64,000 nucleotides of DNA from Bugula neritina (taxonomy: Eukaryota > Animalia > Bryozoa), in contig OZ037773.1 of NCBI GenBank assembly GCA_964035545.1, positions 6,477,751 through 6,541,750 of the forward strand. The letters are read 5' to 3'. Shown piece by piece: positions 12,707 to 26,279 of this stretch (positions are counted from its first letter, which is position 1; every line of letters begins with the position of its first letter). Under the pieces are notes generated by a model. That model did no database searches, was not told the DNA's origin, and saw nothing but the letters and a program-made list of their open reading frames with translations. Position numbers and translations under genes: made by a program.

Positions 12707-15404
12707 TTATATATATAACTTACCATATCTACACTGACTTACTACATGTATGTATAATAACTTACCATATATACATCTATAATATGACTTACTATATCTA
12801 TAATGGAGAAAATTCTTTCAGCTGTATAAGAAGATTCTCCCATATACTTTGTCAACCGAGAGCCAAGAAGGGTGAAGATAGAATCCAGAACTGCTTTGAT
12901 ATTCTCCTCAGTGATACAATTATTCCTCTCAACATTGTAGAGTCTTGAGTACCCTAAATCAGTCAAATAGAAAACCCTGTGTTTCAACTTTTACTAGGGC
13001 AGGCAGCTTTTTTTTAAAATTATGATTCGTTCCCTATTTCGCTCTAAGTAAAATTTATACATTAAATTGATATATTTTAAGAGTTTTCAATAATTTTTTT
13101 CAGGTAGACTAGCTCTTGCTCCTTTCTTTTGTATATTCTCTACATTAAAAAGCTACAATATTTGGTCTGTCATAAAAACAGTTCTATAACTCTGCTGCTA
13201 AGTTACTTTTCTAATTCACCTAATTCATACTATTAAACGATTTCTACCGATTTTTCAGCAAATGATGCAAGTTAAATAAACATCAAAATATAAATACACA
13301 AGTTTTTGCTAAATTTTAAAGTAAAACATATAAAATCTTATAAAAAAGAAGTTTTTTTACATTAGGATTGCAGTTGTATATTCAATATAATCATTAACAA
13401 TTTGAAGTTGTTTTTTGTGCTCTTCAACATGCGTCACTTCAAAACTGCTTCTAACCCCAGACGCTCAAGTAAATAATAAACAATTATAATAAATAAATAA
13501 CACAAATCACATTACACAACAATACAACACAACAAAACACACCACACCACAACACACCAAACCATACCACACCACGCCACGCCACGTACCACACGCAAAT
13601 AAACATTAATTATTATGTCATATATTATACCTACCCACATATTTTTAATACTATAAGCTATAAGACAAATGAAAACTTCGAAACTATCATGCAAAAATTG
13701 GGAAGCTTACATGTATTGTGAAAATTCTGTTATACATGAGTTTAATCTACAACAGTAAACACTACGTGAAGCCTTCTAATTACGACTCCTCTTTGTTTAG
13801 TTCAGCTGAGCTCTCACCAAGATATTATTTTGACATTGTGTAGGTTTTTATTATCAAACCCTTAAAATTATGTTTATGAAACAGAATTGTTTTTTATTTA
13901 GACAATAATTTCTTATATTTTTATTGTCAAAGAAGTGACTAATAGCTCGTTTATAAAATATTCTAGAATCAACTTGTTATTCAACTTACACGCTGCCTTC
14001 TGATGCACTGGGCCTTCAGTCAGAATACTAATAGTCTGCATAAAGTCATCAAATGTGATGAACCCTTGTTCATCTGCGTCTATGGCATTGAACAGGTAGT
14101 GGGCGTAGAACTTGGCGTTTCCTTCAGGATACACAATAGATAGCACCTCCTCAATCTTCTACAAACAAATAAGATTTATACATAGTATTGAAAAATAAAT
14201 TCTTTGTACAATTATTTTAAAAACTAGATTCTGAGCTTTGCATTTTATTTTTTCAAATAATAAATTTATATTTTGAGAAAGAATCGCAAGATTACATATC
14301 ATTTTTACTGATAATTATCTCAAATTTAAAAATGGTAGACTTTGTTACTACTATAGCATTTATAACATTACAGGCGTTTTCAATTCAAAGCCCTTTGATG
14401 AATGAAAATATTTTGAAGTTGTCTTCTTTTTAAACATACATTTGACTGGTTCACTGTTATACTTCCATTAGTAGATCTAGCATAAAATTTTGCTGGGTTT
14501 AAAGTTAAGCCAAATTTTTTTTAGCAAAATCATTAGTTGCAGCTTTAAAAATTAAAAATTTAACTTTTTATTAATTATTAAGAACCAGCTTTAATAAAGT
14601 TTTAAAAGATTTGGTCACAAAGTTTTGCTCACTTCGCTCAAAAACTATTACGTTGTGACTTATTAGTTGACTAACTGCCATGGTCACTTTGAGCCTGCAG
14701 TGTCTCTATTAGTTCTGCTACTGGCACAATTGGGCATCATTATCAGCCTTTACCGACTTTCTTTCTAAATCTTTTGATGAAAATAACCAACAAATGTTGT
14801 GCTTTATAAGATATTGTCTTACCTGAGGATACAGCTTCCCATCTATTGCTTTCTTTTCAAACGCTTTACGCCTGAAAAATTGGCATACAAGTAATATAAA
14901 TAAAAAACCTGATTTTCAAGCTGCTAGTATAAATAGAAAGCGCACGACTTACAGAAATTGTAGACAGGCACTATCCAATTAGCGCTTGTCTGTCCTTCAA
15001 GTAGCAATTTAAATGGTCACTTAACTGTTTTACCTTTTAGTTTTGTTAGCAAACTATATATTATACAATGCTTCTTTTTCTATATTTGAAAAGCACCAAC
15101 TGCTTTTTGGATTTGATTCAAGTTTGAATTATGAGCAGTGATCGGCTTACCATTCTTCCTTTTCCTTATCCGAACCTGTGGAGTCAATATAAAAATATAT
15201 TCATATAATACTCGCATGCATGTTATAACAAAAATAAATGAGACTATTATTTGTCTGTTATCAAAAGTTATTGAGCAAAGACGGACATATATGCATGACA
15301 TAAGGAACTTTCTAGTATAAACTAGACTACATCATCATCTACTTACAATACAATGTCCAACGTAACTCTTGGGGCAGGGGTGCTTTCTGGAACAGGTTCC
15401 CCAT
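11958..15404 (-). CDS. NCS-C: divergent NCS-family protein, about 211 aa, 6 exons
   Basis: Exons 15404-15347, 15175-15151, 14871-14823, 14158-13990, 12953-12793, 12131-11958, total 636 nt in frame. Starts MGNLFQK. EF2 DADEQGFITFDD, EF3 NVERNNCITEEN, EF4 DIEKKGYVTVEE. Confidence 0.88.
12258..12377. repeat. (TA)n microsatellite
   Basis: Directly visible. Confidence 0.95.
12592..12636 (+). ncRNA. Minimal type I hammerhead ribozyme
   Basis: Stem I CUGUG/CACAG, core CUGAUGA (12597-12603), stem II GGGG-ACAAA-CCCC, GAAA (12617-12620), stem III ACAGC-U-GCUGU, GUC cleavage triplet ending at 12631. Confidence 0.88.
12644..12718. repeat. (TA)n microsatellite
   Basis: Directly visible; abuts the hammerhead-containing insert. 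Confidence 0.95.
13500..13597. repeat. Degenerate pentamer repeat (CACAA/CACCA/CACGC)
   Basis: Directly visible in NCS-C intron 4. Confidence 0.75.
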
Positions 15405-15757
15405 GTTTTAGAAACTCCTGACCAAAAACTTCACAAAAAAATATAAGTCAAGCTTGTAGTTTTATAGCTTTGAAGCTGTTTGCAATTCAAATAGAAAATC
15501 TTTCAAAGGTATGGTACTGCTAGGGAAGAGCGCTTTCCTGAATGGGGGATACTATATTATGTTTTAATCATTCATGCTTAAAGCTTTTTTAAAAGTCCCA
15601 TCAAGCTGGCTTTAACATAAGGAAAAATCAAGCTTTTTGTAACAAAAGCATTTTAAAAGCAAAAATTGTTAAACCAGGTCAAAAAACTGTAAGGAATGTA
15701 TTTAACGGTGAAATTTGATGCCTAGTTTTGTGTAACATGAAGTAAAATATTCTAAGG

Positions 15758-15832
15758 ATGGAAAATTTGCTGTCATGTACTATGAGAGTAAGGCCAAGTT
15801 CAAGGACACTGCACTGTGGTCATACAGCTGTA
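15758..15832 (+). pseudogene. Decayed copy of NCS-A exon 1 (MENLLSCTMRVRPSSRTLH...), rest of the gene deleted
   Basis: Aligns to 402-474 with Gly2->Glu, a small deletion and loss of the GTAAGT donor. From ~15930 the sequence matches the NCS-A 3' flank (~4100). Confidence 0.8.
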
Positions 15833-17254
15833 GCCTTAATAATATAATATTGTTAAGATTTTATTTTACTTGTCATCACATGTGTTATGTGCTGTCATGA
15901 GCCATTACAATGTTACATACAATGTAATATTTTGACAATAAAGAATTCTGGAGTCATAAAACTTTTGTGTTTACCTCCTAGGGCATACTCACAGGAGGTT
16001 TTTATCGATAATTTAGCTGCATTGTGCTGACTGGTATATGTGAGAGCAACTTTTTACCTTCATCTATTATTGTATAGTAAAATTGCTTTTATGAAACTGT
16101 GTTGTCATTAAGTTTCATGAGCAATCATTTCATTTTTTATCTTTTTATTCACAATTGAGCACGGTAATAGTGAAACACTAAACGAACGGTCTAAAAGAAT
16201 GAAATTTGGTCAAATCCAGCACCTTGCAAAACAACGCAATGCCAAGCAATGCAAATAACAAATTGCAAAACTTTTAGCAGTATATATTCATGAATAGCTG
16301 ATCTAAAATTGCATGACTTGGTAATTTTTAGTTTATATTTTGCTTTCTACAAATGACGTCAAAAGTGCAATCAGAATTTATTTTAAGTAACTTATACTCT
16401 ATCAAAACTTCTGGTAATCAAACTGCGAAAACAACCAAAACATGTATTTCATTCAATAAACTAAAAGTCTGGGAAAGCATTTGACATAATTTAGATAACT
16501 TGAGTTTAAAATTATACTATGCATAATATTTAATTGTTTGATCATAAATGTTCTAATTTTTTAATTAATATATAATATTTGCTTCCTATAAATTAAAATC
16601 TAAAGTCAAATATCAGAACCTTATCAATAGACATTAGCATCTATAATTTTGTACTTACATTGAGTCATCTACTAATCTATTCAGTCTTGCTTTAAAAATA
16701 TATAGTTTTAATCTAAAACTACCTATCCCATAAACTTATTATATATTCTATGAATTAGCAACTTTTGTTAAAGAAAAAAACTTGTTTTTAGTAGATTTGC
16801 ATCTATTGAGGGATTTATGAGCGCCGAATAGGTGAACGAAATTTATGAAATTATGAAATTTCAATGAAAATTTAAAGTAATACTTTTTTTTAACAGTTAT
16901 AGCCACCTAAATGGTAGAAAATATTTTTGCCCCTAAGCTATATTATATACTGATTATGATAAAGATTCAAGCTTACTGAAAACCGTATGAGATTGTTTTA
17001 GTAATTCTCAGGGTCTTGAAATATTAGATAAAAACAAAATTTATAAATTTTGGCCAAAGAGATTATTAAAATTATTCATAAGCTGAAACTAGCAACTACA
17101 AATTAACAATGACTAAGCTTTATATCAGTTGCAAGCCAACAAAAGCTTTAAGCACAATTTAAGTGAACTTTAAGAGTAAATAGTAAGCACTGCTTTAAAC
17201 AAGTAGTAAGCGCCGTTTTAAACGAAATTTTCATTTGCTGAGCTTATTTAAAAA

Positions 17255-20200
17255 ATGGGCAACATAACTGGCAGAAGACAGAGACTGAGAAGCAGTAAGT
17301 GCTACTTCAATAGACTCTCTGACTTATTTTATAAACACTCAATTTAGATGTTTTGAAAAATACATCAGAGTGTCATAAATTTAAGATTATATGAAATAAA
17401 GTAATGTACTTGAAAGAAGTTGCACAACTGCTTTCTAGAAGCATGCATTTTGCAACTGAACTCGCACAATTTTATATAAGTTATAATGGTGGGTTATTGA
17501 GCTGGTACACTTTGCTGATTGGCTGAGATTTACATGGTCTATTTGGCTATACAAATAATACGTTTAAAGTAATTTTAATAAATATAGATCTCATAACTGA
17601 AAAGTTATATATTCAGAATTAAAAGACATTCATAATTTTGAAATCTCACATTAATACATAACGCATGTATAAGTTTTTTGCACTATTTGATGTAGATTCA
17701 GGTAGTTCTAATGATTCTACATCTCCTCGAGCCATCGAACTCGGAACTGGCTCCAGTGAAACTTTCCTTTTACCTGAAAATGTGGAAAGAGATGAGAGGG
17801 AAGGAGCTTCAGAATCTAATCCTAGTGCTAGTTTAGTTTGGCGTAGACACTCTGGGCAAGCAGCAAGTGGTAGAGAAGAAGCAGCTGCAGTAGATTCTAG
17901 TGCGTGGAGAATGATGAGTAAGTTTTTTAATGCTCTACAATTTATTTGATTTACAGTGTGAGTACACACTAGATACACACTGATCTCATACTGAGTACAC
18001 AATGAGTGCACTTTGAGTACATACTGAGTACACATTGAGTACACTCTGAGTACATACTGAGTACACATTGAGTACACACTGAGTACATGATTAATTTGCA
18101 CTGAGTACACACTGAGTACGCACTGAGTACGCACTGAGTACGCACTGAGTACGCACTGAGTACGCACTGAGTACGCACTGAGTACGCACTGAGTACACAC
18201 TGAGTACACACTGAGTACACACTGAGTACACTCTAGAGTCTAGATTCACAGACTGCAGAATATGCACAAATTTGATATGCGTACAGTTTATACTCAACTC
18301 TAGTTAAACATATTCTGGAATATTTGAATTTTGACAAAAACAAGCCTAACTTCAGGGGTAGGTGCAGTAATGAAAAAATTGAGTAAAGCCTGTGTTCTAG
18401 ATTAGAAATGTAGCAAAAAAATTATGTTCTCATAAAACTTTTGACCCCCACCACAGACCAAAATCTAATAAGAAAATTGAAGAACTTAGGTTATCTCAAT
18501 TTCTTCACTCCAGTTATTTATTTAGCAAGCAGAATGCATTTGATATTCTTTTATTTTGCAGCTTCTCAAGAATGGAGAAGTTGTAAGTATTTTAACAGCA
18601 AATAACGTTGCCTAAAGCTATTTATGTACGAGATTTTTTATTAGTAAAAACCATAAATATTCACAACCTTTCTAGAAGCAGTCAACAATTGCAGTTGACA
18701 TAACGGCACATCAGTTGTATGTACTATTTTAAAATTTTTCTTTAGGTTTTCTAATTTTGATTACTACACGAATCACAGAGGAAAGTTGAAAAAAACTGTA
18801 AGTAATCATTATTCATTTACCTACTTTAGTTTTTGAATTTTTTATTTAAATAAAATGTACAAATTTCCAGTTAATTAAGGTCATTTATTGTTTATTTGAT
18901 ATTTACTAGCTTTATTTTTCTAATTAATTAACCATGTTTACTAAAATGATTTGTAATGTAGATACTGTACAGTCTCTTAAGAATGCTTGTTTTAAAACCT
19001 ATTACAGCAACAATATGAATCATTTATCCACAGCTGAAAAATTCTATGCCTCAGTTCTATTATGTAAATTAAAAATGTCTCATCTCATGATCTTGCGTTC
19101 AAAAACAATTATATCTCGCAAAATACATTAACTGAGTAAACCTCAAAATGTTGATAACTTTTTTGTGTGTTACTTTCCTGATATTATTTTTTTCTTTTTA
19201 AATTACCTGCATAAAATTATTCTTTGAAATTTTTCAAAGTGTTTTAAGATGTGCAAATAAAGTGTGTAGACTGCTAATTTTAGAAGATTGCTCAAATTTA
19301 CTGGACATTTTACAAGGAAGGCAACCCTGAAAAATGTTCTAAGTATCTTCATAAGATGCTGGATATTGACAACAAAGGCTATGTGAACTTTAACAATTAT
19401 ATAGAGTGCATGGTAACAATGAAGCACGGTACATTTTCCGAAAAAAGCCGCTGTAAGTAAAGCAATTAGTTATACATTTTTATGGTAAACTTGACTTTAG
19501 CGCATTAATACTAATAATAAATTTGTACTTCTGTTTACAGAATATAGACGATTGTTTACATCAAGCTGCTTTTGAAACTTATCAATTGCTTCATTGAAAT
19601 TTGGAACTTGTTCAGTTCACATGAAGATCATTAAAAATAATTGATTTTACCTTAATTACTAAAACAGTTATGCATCGTTTTTAATTGGCAATAATTTTAA
19701 ATTTGAGCATAAAATGCAAAAGGAAAGCTTTTAGTGTAGTAAAAAATTTGAATTATATGTTTTGGCAATTTTGCATGTTCAGGGCTTGTTTCGAAAATAT
19801 ATAGGAAAGTTGGGATAAAAAGTGGATGGAAATATATGATGATTTTTTTCAATTTAGCACAATATGCTTATTTTTGTACATCAATCATTCATCCAATCAA
19901 AATCTATGCTTTTATGAATTTACTTCAACTGCACAGTTGGTTTTACTGCATATAGTTGTAACTGTTTGTTTATTAACCTTGCAATAACCTAAATCTCAAC
20001 GCCAGTAAAAACTAGCTGTGGAGGCACCACTGGCAAATCTGCAATCTATTTGTTCATTAGACATGCTTTGAATTTCAGTAAGATTCTCACTGTATGACGT
20101 GGATGGAGACGGTAAAATATCAAGACATGACATGCAGAAGTTTCTCAAATCTCTCTACAAGCTAATTGGTCCAGAATTATCTGAAGGCCTCGAGACACCT

Positions 20201-20933
20201 GCTTCAAAAGCGGAAAGGATGTTTTCAAACTGGAAGCCTGTGAGACATTAAATATTGCCTTCTGTCAAAATAAAATACTTTGAAATTCGCAGGAATGACT
20301 GCTGTTTTTAAGACTACCTTTATTTTGCACATTTGCTTAATCTACAAAACAGGAACTTATTTGAGTTAATTCAAGTTTCTAGAAGAGAAACTGCAGTATT
20401 TTAATTAAAAGATTTGTAAAAGGCAAATTTTTTTCAGCGCAGTTACATTGGAATAACAATAATCATATACATTTAGGAGTTTTTGTGTAGCATAACCTTT
20501 AACCTTTGCAACTAAACTATTACTGATAGTTGCTTGCAAACTGGTTTTATGTAAAATATATCTCAAACTCTAAACATTAAAGCTATAGCTAACCTCTACA
20601 CCTGTAACAAATATTTTATTTATAAGTTACTTCTCTTCAATAAATGTGCTAAAAATAAATTTAAAATTCTATCAGTTAGCATAGTTATCCTTATTATATC
20701 TTTCAAAAGTTTTACCAAAATAAGTTTAATTTATGATGTTTTGACTATGTGCTGTCTTGTTTTAGATGGGAACTTCATTTCTATATCTGGAAGACTTTAC
20801 CTTTGCATCTGTATCCACTTGGCATAATGAGCTAGCGACAGCATTTGTTGACCATCTTCTTGATATCATGTTAAAATTTTTTTGTAATAGATTTGATGGA
20901 ATTCTTGAAAATGATGTCAGGCAATTGAATTAA
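17255..20933 (+). CDS. NCS-D: paralog of NCS-B with one acidic cassette exon; possible pseudogene, or about 278 aa if a shifted donor is used
   Basis: Exons 17255-17294, 17696-17917, 18562-18582 (or -18586), 18746-18797, 19284-19452, 20079-20239, 20766-20933. The micro-exon is 21 nt rather than 25 with the GTAAGT donor; all other exons are open. EF2 DIDNKGYVNFNN, EF3 DVDGDGKISRHD. Confidence 0.72.
17958..18232. repeat. 11-bp minisatellite (ACTGAGTACRC)n
   Basis: Tandem actgagtacac/actgagtacgc units just after the NCS-D cassette exon; source of the SVCTQCVLSAY ORFs. Confidence 0.92.
18355..18510 (+). mobile_element. MITE family 2 (~150-170 bp, subterminal inverted repeats)
   Basis: GCAGTAATGRAGAAATTGAG...CCTGTGTTCTAGATTAGAAATGTAGC...CTCAATTTCTYCAC; about 9 copies in the window. 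Confidence 0.75.
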
Positions 20934-21871
20934 TAAATCGTTTGAGCTGCAGAGCTAAATGCATACCTGTAATGGAATGACAACTACAATACTGTTTATC
21001 AATATACATTTTTTGCTTATTAATTTTCTTTGAAATTTCAAATATAATTAATGCAAATCATTTTGCTACTTGTGTGCAATCATTTCTCATTGATCTGGCT
21101 AAGAATTTATTTTTCACTCAAGTATTCAATAAGCAAATAAAACATTTTTACTATTATAGATGTTATTTAAAATTGTTTGCTAGTATATTTTAGAATACTC
21201 TGTGTATCATGGTAGGACGCAAAACGTTTTGGAATTAGACTGTTTCAAATGTGCAATTTCTAATTTTTAAAAATTGTTTCATGGCAAGAAATTAAGCAAT
21301 AATTTGAACTATAAAACAATACTAAAAAAAATTTTCCCAGACTCAAAAATGTTAAATTTAAAGCAATTTTAATGAATTGATTTACAAATAATAATCTCAA
21401 ACAAATATAGAAAAAAAAGACTTCTTATATAGCAACTTCTTTATAAATTATGTTTTCTTAAGCTACAAGACTTTAAAAGTTTATTTGTGTTTTAACATTT
21501 TAATCAAATACTTTAGTTGTGAATTGAAGAATAAAGTTTATTCCCATGATTTTTATTTACATGATGAGCTATATATATGGTGAAAAAGTCATTGTGCTAT
21601 AAAGGTTTTGAACCCTTATACAGTACCAGCAACTGCTTTAAAGGGTAGAATGAGCTTTAATGTACTATACTAAACCAAGTCTACCCTCCCCAAATATGAA
21701 GGCTTTATAGTAAAGTTTTACAAACTCACTCTGCAAATGAAACAGGACTGTACACTTCAAACTTTACTGCATATTGGTACTGTAAAAGTACTAGAGTGCA
21801 AACCTTACAAGCAGCATGTTTTCCGCATCATAAATTTTATTTTGTTATACCAACTTAAAGAAATCTGTGAA

Positions 21872-22087
21872 GGAGCAGCCATGGTCTAGGGGTTAGAGCA
21901 TTTGCTTAGTATAAACGCGAAGTCATGGGTCTAAACCCCAACAAAGGCCATTGGTGATGTTAGGAAGAGCATCCAGTCATAATTGCTCCTGTGTCTCATA
22001 TAAATAAGTCTTTAGCCTGATTTAACAAAAGACATTTTCACCAAAGGTTTCTCGAAAAGAAATGGTGACGATAAGCTTGCGTGAGTT
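21872..22087 (+). mobile_element. tRNA-derived SINE, family 1
   Basis: Full-length match to 4253-4473. Confidence 0.85.
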
Positions 22088-22330
22088 GGGTGAGTTTGTC
22101 TTAAAGAAACATGTAGGCTTTAAACTGTGTAATTAGCTCGTGAAGCATTTGGAATAAATCATTAACAATACGTTTCTCTCCCACAGCCAAAGAGAACTCT
22201 AGGTTTGAGCTATTGCTAAGCATTACTCCTAAAGCAAAAAAGCTAAAAGCTAATAATTTTTCTAGAAGAGTACATAATATTTTCATGTCAGAGTTGATTT
22301 GGTTGATAATCAGGTCACTTTTATTGAAAG

Positions 22331-25300
22331 ATGGGCAACTTTTTAAGCAGAAAACCTTTGCCTAGAGAATTATACTGGACGTTGTACTGTAAGTTGTTTT
22401 AATACTCATAACTAAACTTACTAAAATATGGGTTTTGTAAAACAACAAATAAATACAAAACGAAAATTATTGACCTTAATGTGAATAATTAATCTTTAAT
22501 CAAATTGTTTGTTTTTATGATTTCATTATTTTAATAAAAAAACCAACTGAAAACATCAGAAATTTAATCATTTTCAAAAATTAATCATTTCTCAGTAAGT
22601 TTAATAGTGTACTTTTTAAACAACATGAAGCAAAATTTTGAGAGTGTATTGAAAACAACTCTTTGAGTCATGGGTTTGTTTAATAAACTAGTGAACTTGC
22701 CATTTGTGTCAGTAATTATATATGTCGTTTATTACATGTTTCTAAAAGTGCACATTTGTAAAATTTAATAGTTCAACCATGTATTTGAAACTTCTATCAA
22801 GCTTTTATCAATTGACATCTAAACTCAATGAAATATCTATTAGTCAAATAAAGTAGCCACTATAATAACATTCTATTTTTAAAATAAACAGTCTATAGAT
22901 CAATGCAATTTGAGTGTGGCATATAATGCAGCTGCTCCATTGCAGTTCACATTCCTTTAACCAAATCAAATCTAAACCTATTGAGCTATTCCTCCATCAT
23001 TTTTTTCTATATTAAAGTGTAATATATTTTCATATTAAATTATATGTTTAAATATTATTCACAATTCATCAACACACAATACTACTATTGTTCAATTGCA
23101 GATTCAGAAGAGGAGAAGAATCAATGGTGAGTGACCTAGTAGCAGCTCTAGAATGTTTTCTCTCGCAAGTCATAACTCTTCTCTATATTAGTAGCTTGCT
23201 CATAGCTCTTCCACGAGCTTTCTCAATTATTGTATGCTGCATAATTGTTTTAACTTTATGCTTCAATGTTGTAGGTGGAGAGAATTTAAGAAACACTCAA
23301 AAGGTGGAAAATTGTCGCTTGAGGTATAAACAATTAGTGTTAGTAATTTCATTCTCCTATTCAAAAATATTATAATATTTGCTGGCAAAAGGTGTTATTG
23401 GGTATATAAAAAAAATTATTAATTTTTTTCTGAAACACTCTAATGAAAGAAAATGTTTTTTAGACATTTCGTATATAAAATTCAAAGCATGAAAGCTTAA
23501 ATATTAGTATACATTCATCATCCTTGATGGTTTGGTAAATTATTTCAGGTAAAAGAATTTTCTTGTTTTATAATATTACAATTATATTTCACTGAATATG
23601 TTATATTTAATGCCATACTCAGTAAAACATATTTTTTAATAATTAGGTAATAGATCTACTTTATATATTATATATAACTCATATTCACAGTTCTTATATT
23701 TAGAAACAGTTTTATTGTTCTCATTATATTCAGCAAATAAGAACACTCTTATAAAACTATAAAAGTTCAAGGTGAAATTAGACACTAAGGTAATATTCCT
23801 TGCATGTTCCTTCAAATTAGTTTAGATGCATAATGAAATAAATGCACACTAGCAACATACACTAGACTAAAGTTGATAACAGTTGTTTTTAGTAGAAGCT
23901 TGAATATTTTTAGAATCAAATGTAAAGTAAACTCACATTTGCATAGATAATGTATGTCTATTCTGCAGTACAATTATATAGTTAAAAAGTTGAGTATAAT
24001 TTTCGTACTAAAGCATTTAGAGTATTTAAATCAAAAATTTAAAAAGTCAGCTTTTTAGATTTTTGAAATGGTCTGGTAGTGAAACAGATGAGTGGTTTAT
24101 TTTAAACAGCTACTTTCATATCCTTCCAAAGGAAAACCATGTAAATATTGCTGTGCTTCAGTTGGAAAATTGCTGCAAGCGTTCTATTTCAAAATAATTT
24201 ATTTTTATAACAGGCAATTGAGACTGCTATTAGACAAGTGTATCCAAAAGGGGATCCAGAACAATATGCTCTCTACCTCTCCAATGCTATGGATATGGAC
24301 AACGATAACTTCATTTCATTCAATGATTTCATGCAGTCTATAACTATTCTGTCAAAGGGACCTTTACATCAGAAGACAGAATGTAAGTAGATGTCAATGT
24401 GGTTGTTGAAGAGAGCAATATGCAATACAAACTTCTCACAATATTTTTCTGTATATATAAGTTATGTAATTTACAGTAGCAATATCTTGGTATAAATGAG
24501 ATACTTTATGAAAATATGACATTTCCTTGTTTACAGACTGTATCATATTAAAACATTAACTATAAGCAATGCATGAGCCTGACAGAAAATCCTGGTACCG
24601 CAGTAAATAATATATTATGTCTTCTAGTTATATTATTCAGTATCAATTGCGCTGTGTTTCATAGGGTACTTCAAACTCTATGATGTTGATAAGAACAAGC
24701 GAATCACAGAGCAGGATATGAATGACTTTCTATCAGCTGTCTCCAAAACAGTCGAAGAACACATGACTACGAAAATGGAGTCTCCTGCCAGTCGGATCTC
24801 TAAAATATTTCCTTTTATGGATGAGGTGAGAGGGGTGGAGAGCTCAGGTAAAATCTAAGTAGTAGAGCATGTTTTATGTTTTCATCACAAATATTGCTTT
24901 AGTAAAAAAGTTTTAGCGGTTTTTTCAACAAACTTTGTGCTTTTAAATATACTTCATAATGTTATTGAAAGGTTTTACATGTAGACTACACTTATGAATT
25001 TATTGGGAGTAACTTCAAATAATTTTATTTTTATAAACCTCTTGTGGTTATAGATTCGCTATTCCTGTGAGCTCTCTTGATAAAAAAGTTTTATAAATAT
25101 GCTAAAGACGGTTTCTCTATGATAGCAGAAGAGCAATTATGATTGCAGTCAATACATCCATGCATGGATGCTCTTCCTAACATTACCAATAAATGGCCTT
25201 TACTGCAATTCAGGTCACCGACCTCATGTTTCCTAAGCCAGTGCTTTAACCACTATACCACAGCTGCTCCCTAATAATTATTTTGTTATAACATTTAACT

Positions 25301-25606
25301 TTTTCATTTGTCACATGATTTTATAAAGCATAGTGATAATATAATTAAACATAGCCTATTCTGCTATACCAGTGAGCTTAAGCCTTCAAGATGATAAAAT
25401 TCTTTCCAATGTTAATTTTTTTGCTTCAGGAAAGAAAAGGGTTTGTTTCATTGGACAACTTCTACACCTGCTTGGCTCTTCACAAGTGGCTTGGACTAGC
25501 ACTAGGCTGGAATCTACTTAGTACTTGGAACAGAACCTCTTTCCTGTCATCCGCCACTCAAGACTTGCCAGAAAACCACCCATTAAAAGTTATTTGTAGA
25601 AAATAA
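22331..25606 (+). CDS. NCS-E: divergent NCS-family protein, about 212 aa, 6 exons
   Basis: Exons 22331-22388, 23102-23126, 23275-23323, 24214-24382, 24665-24825, 25430-25606, total 639 nt in frame. Starts MGNFLSRK. EF loops DMDNDNFISFND, DVDKNKRITEQD, DEERKGFVSLDN. Confidence 0.88.
25048..25272 (-). mobile_element. tRNA-derived SINE, family 1 (diverged)
   Basis: ggatgctcttcctaacattaccaat core and terminal cagctgctccc. Confidence 0.7.
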
Positions 25607-26279
25607 TGTAATAATTCTAATGCTTTTTTGATATAATCATAAATTTTGTTAGTTTTTTCTATTGGTACTTTCTTTGTTTATATTTAGTACATACATGTTT
25701 GCCCATTAATAAAAATATGCATATAACAATAACAGCCTTATGCAATGCCATACAAATGTTTGCGTATAAAGCTAGTTCATGTTTATACATCTACTATACA
25801 TACTTTGTACAAGACGTCTAAACATCTCTGCACACATATGATATTGAATACGGCTAACTTGTAAATATTGATTCCATAGCTGAGATGATATGCAACAGAA
25901 GTGTGTATATATCCATCATAAAATCAACATCTTATAATTAGCAATTAATCATCTATCAGTATTAAATATGTTAATTAGTGTGGCATAGTTGCTGTAATAA
26001 ATTATCATTAGCCAACACAATCTCACAATGATAGTAAAACCTGGAAGTTTGCACGTGTCAGGCTGAAGATGAATTATAAGTTTTAACTGCAAATTGATAG
26101 ATTATAAGAGTTTGTATTTGAGACCATCAGTTGTAATGCTTACGTGAGGAAACACACACTAATTAGACTGTCATCTAAACCCCTGGTAAACAGTACGAAA
26201 CAAGGTCTCAGAGTATCAACTTCTGAGTATCTGGGAGTTATTTGTTGAACAAAAAAAAATATTTCAAAGAATCCGTAAG

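Noticed and set aside
12149-12948. YIYIYI ORFs (also 41292-41582)
   Set aside because: (TA)n microsatellite read-through.
14953-14989. Possible extra NCS-C exon ending in a GTAAGT donor
   Set aside because: It has an in-frame TAA in the required phase, and the true 25-nt micro-exon is at 15151-15175.
17646-18297. Minus-strand ORFs with SVCTQCVLSAY repeats (up to 187 aa)
   Set aside because: They are translations of the 11-bp minisatellite plus the antisense of the NCS-D cassette exon.
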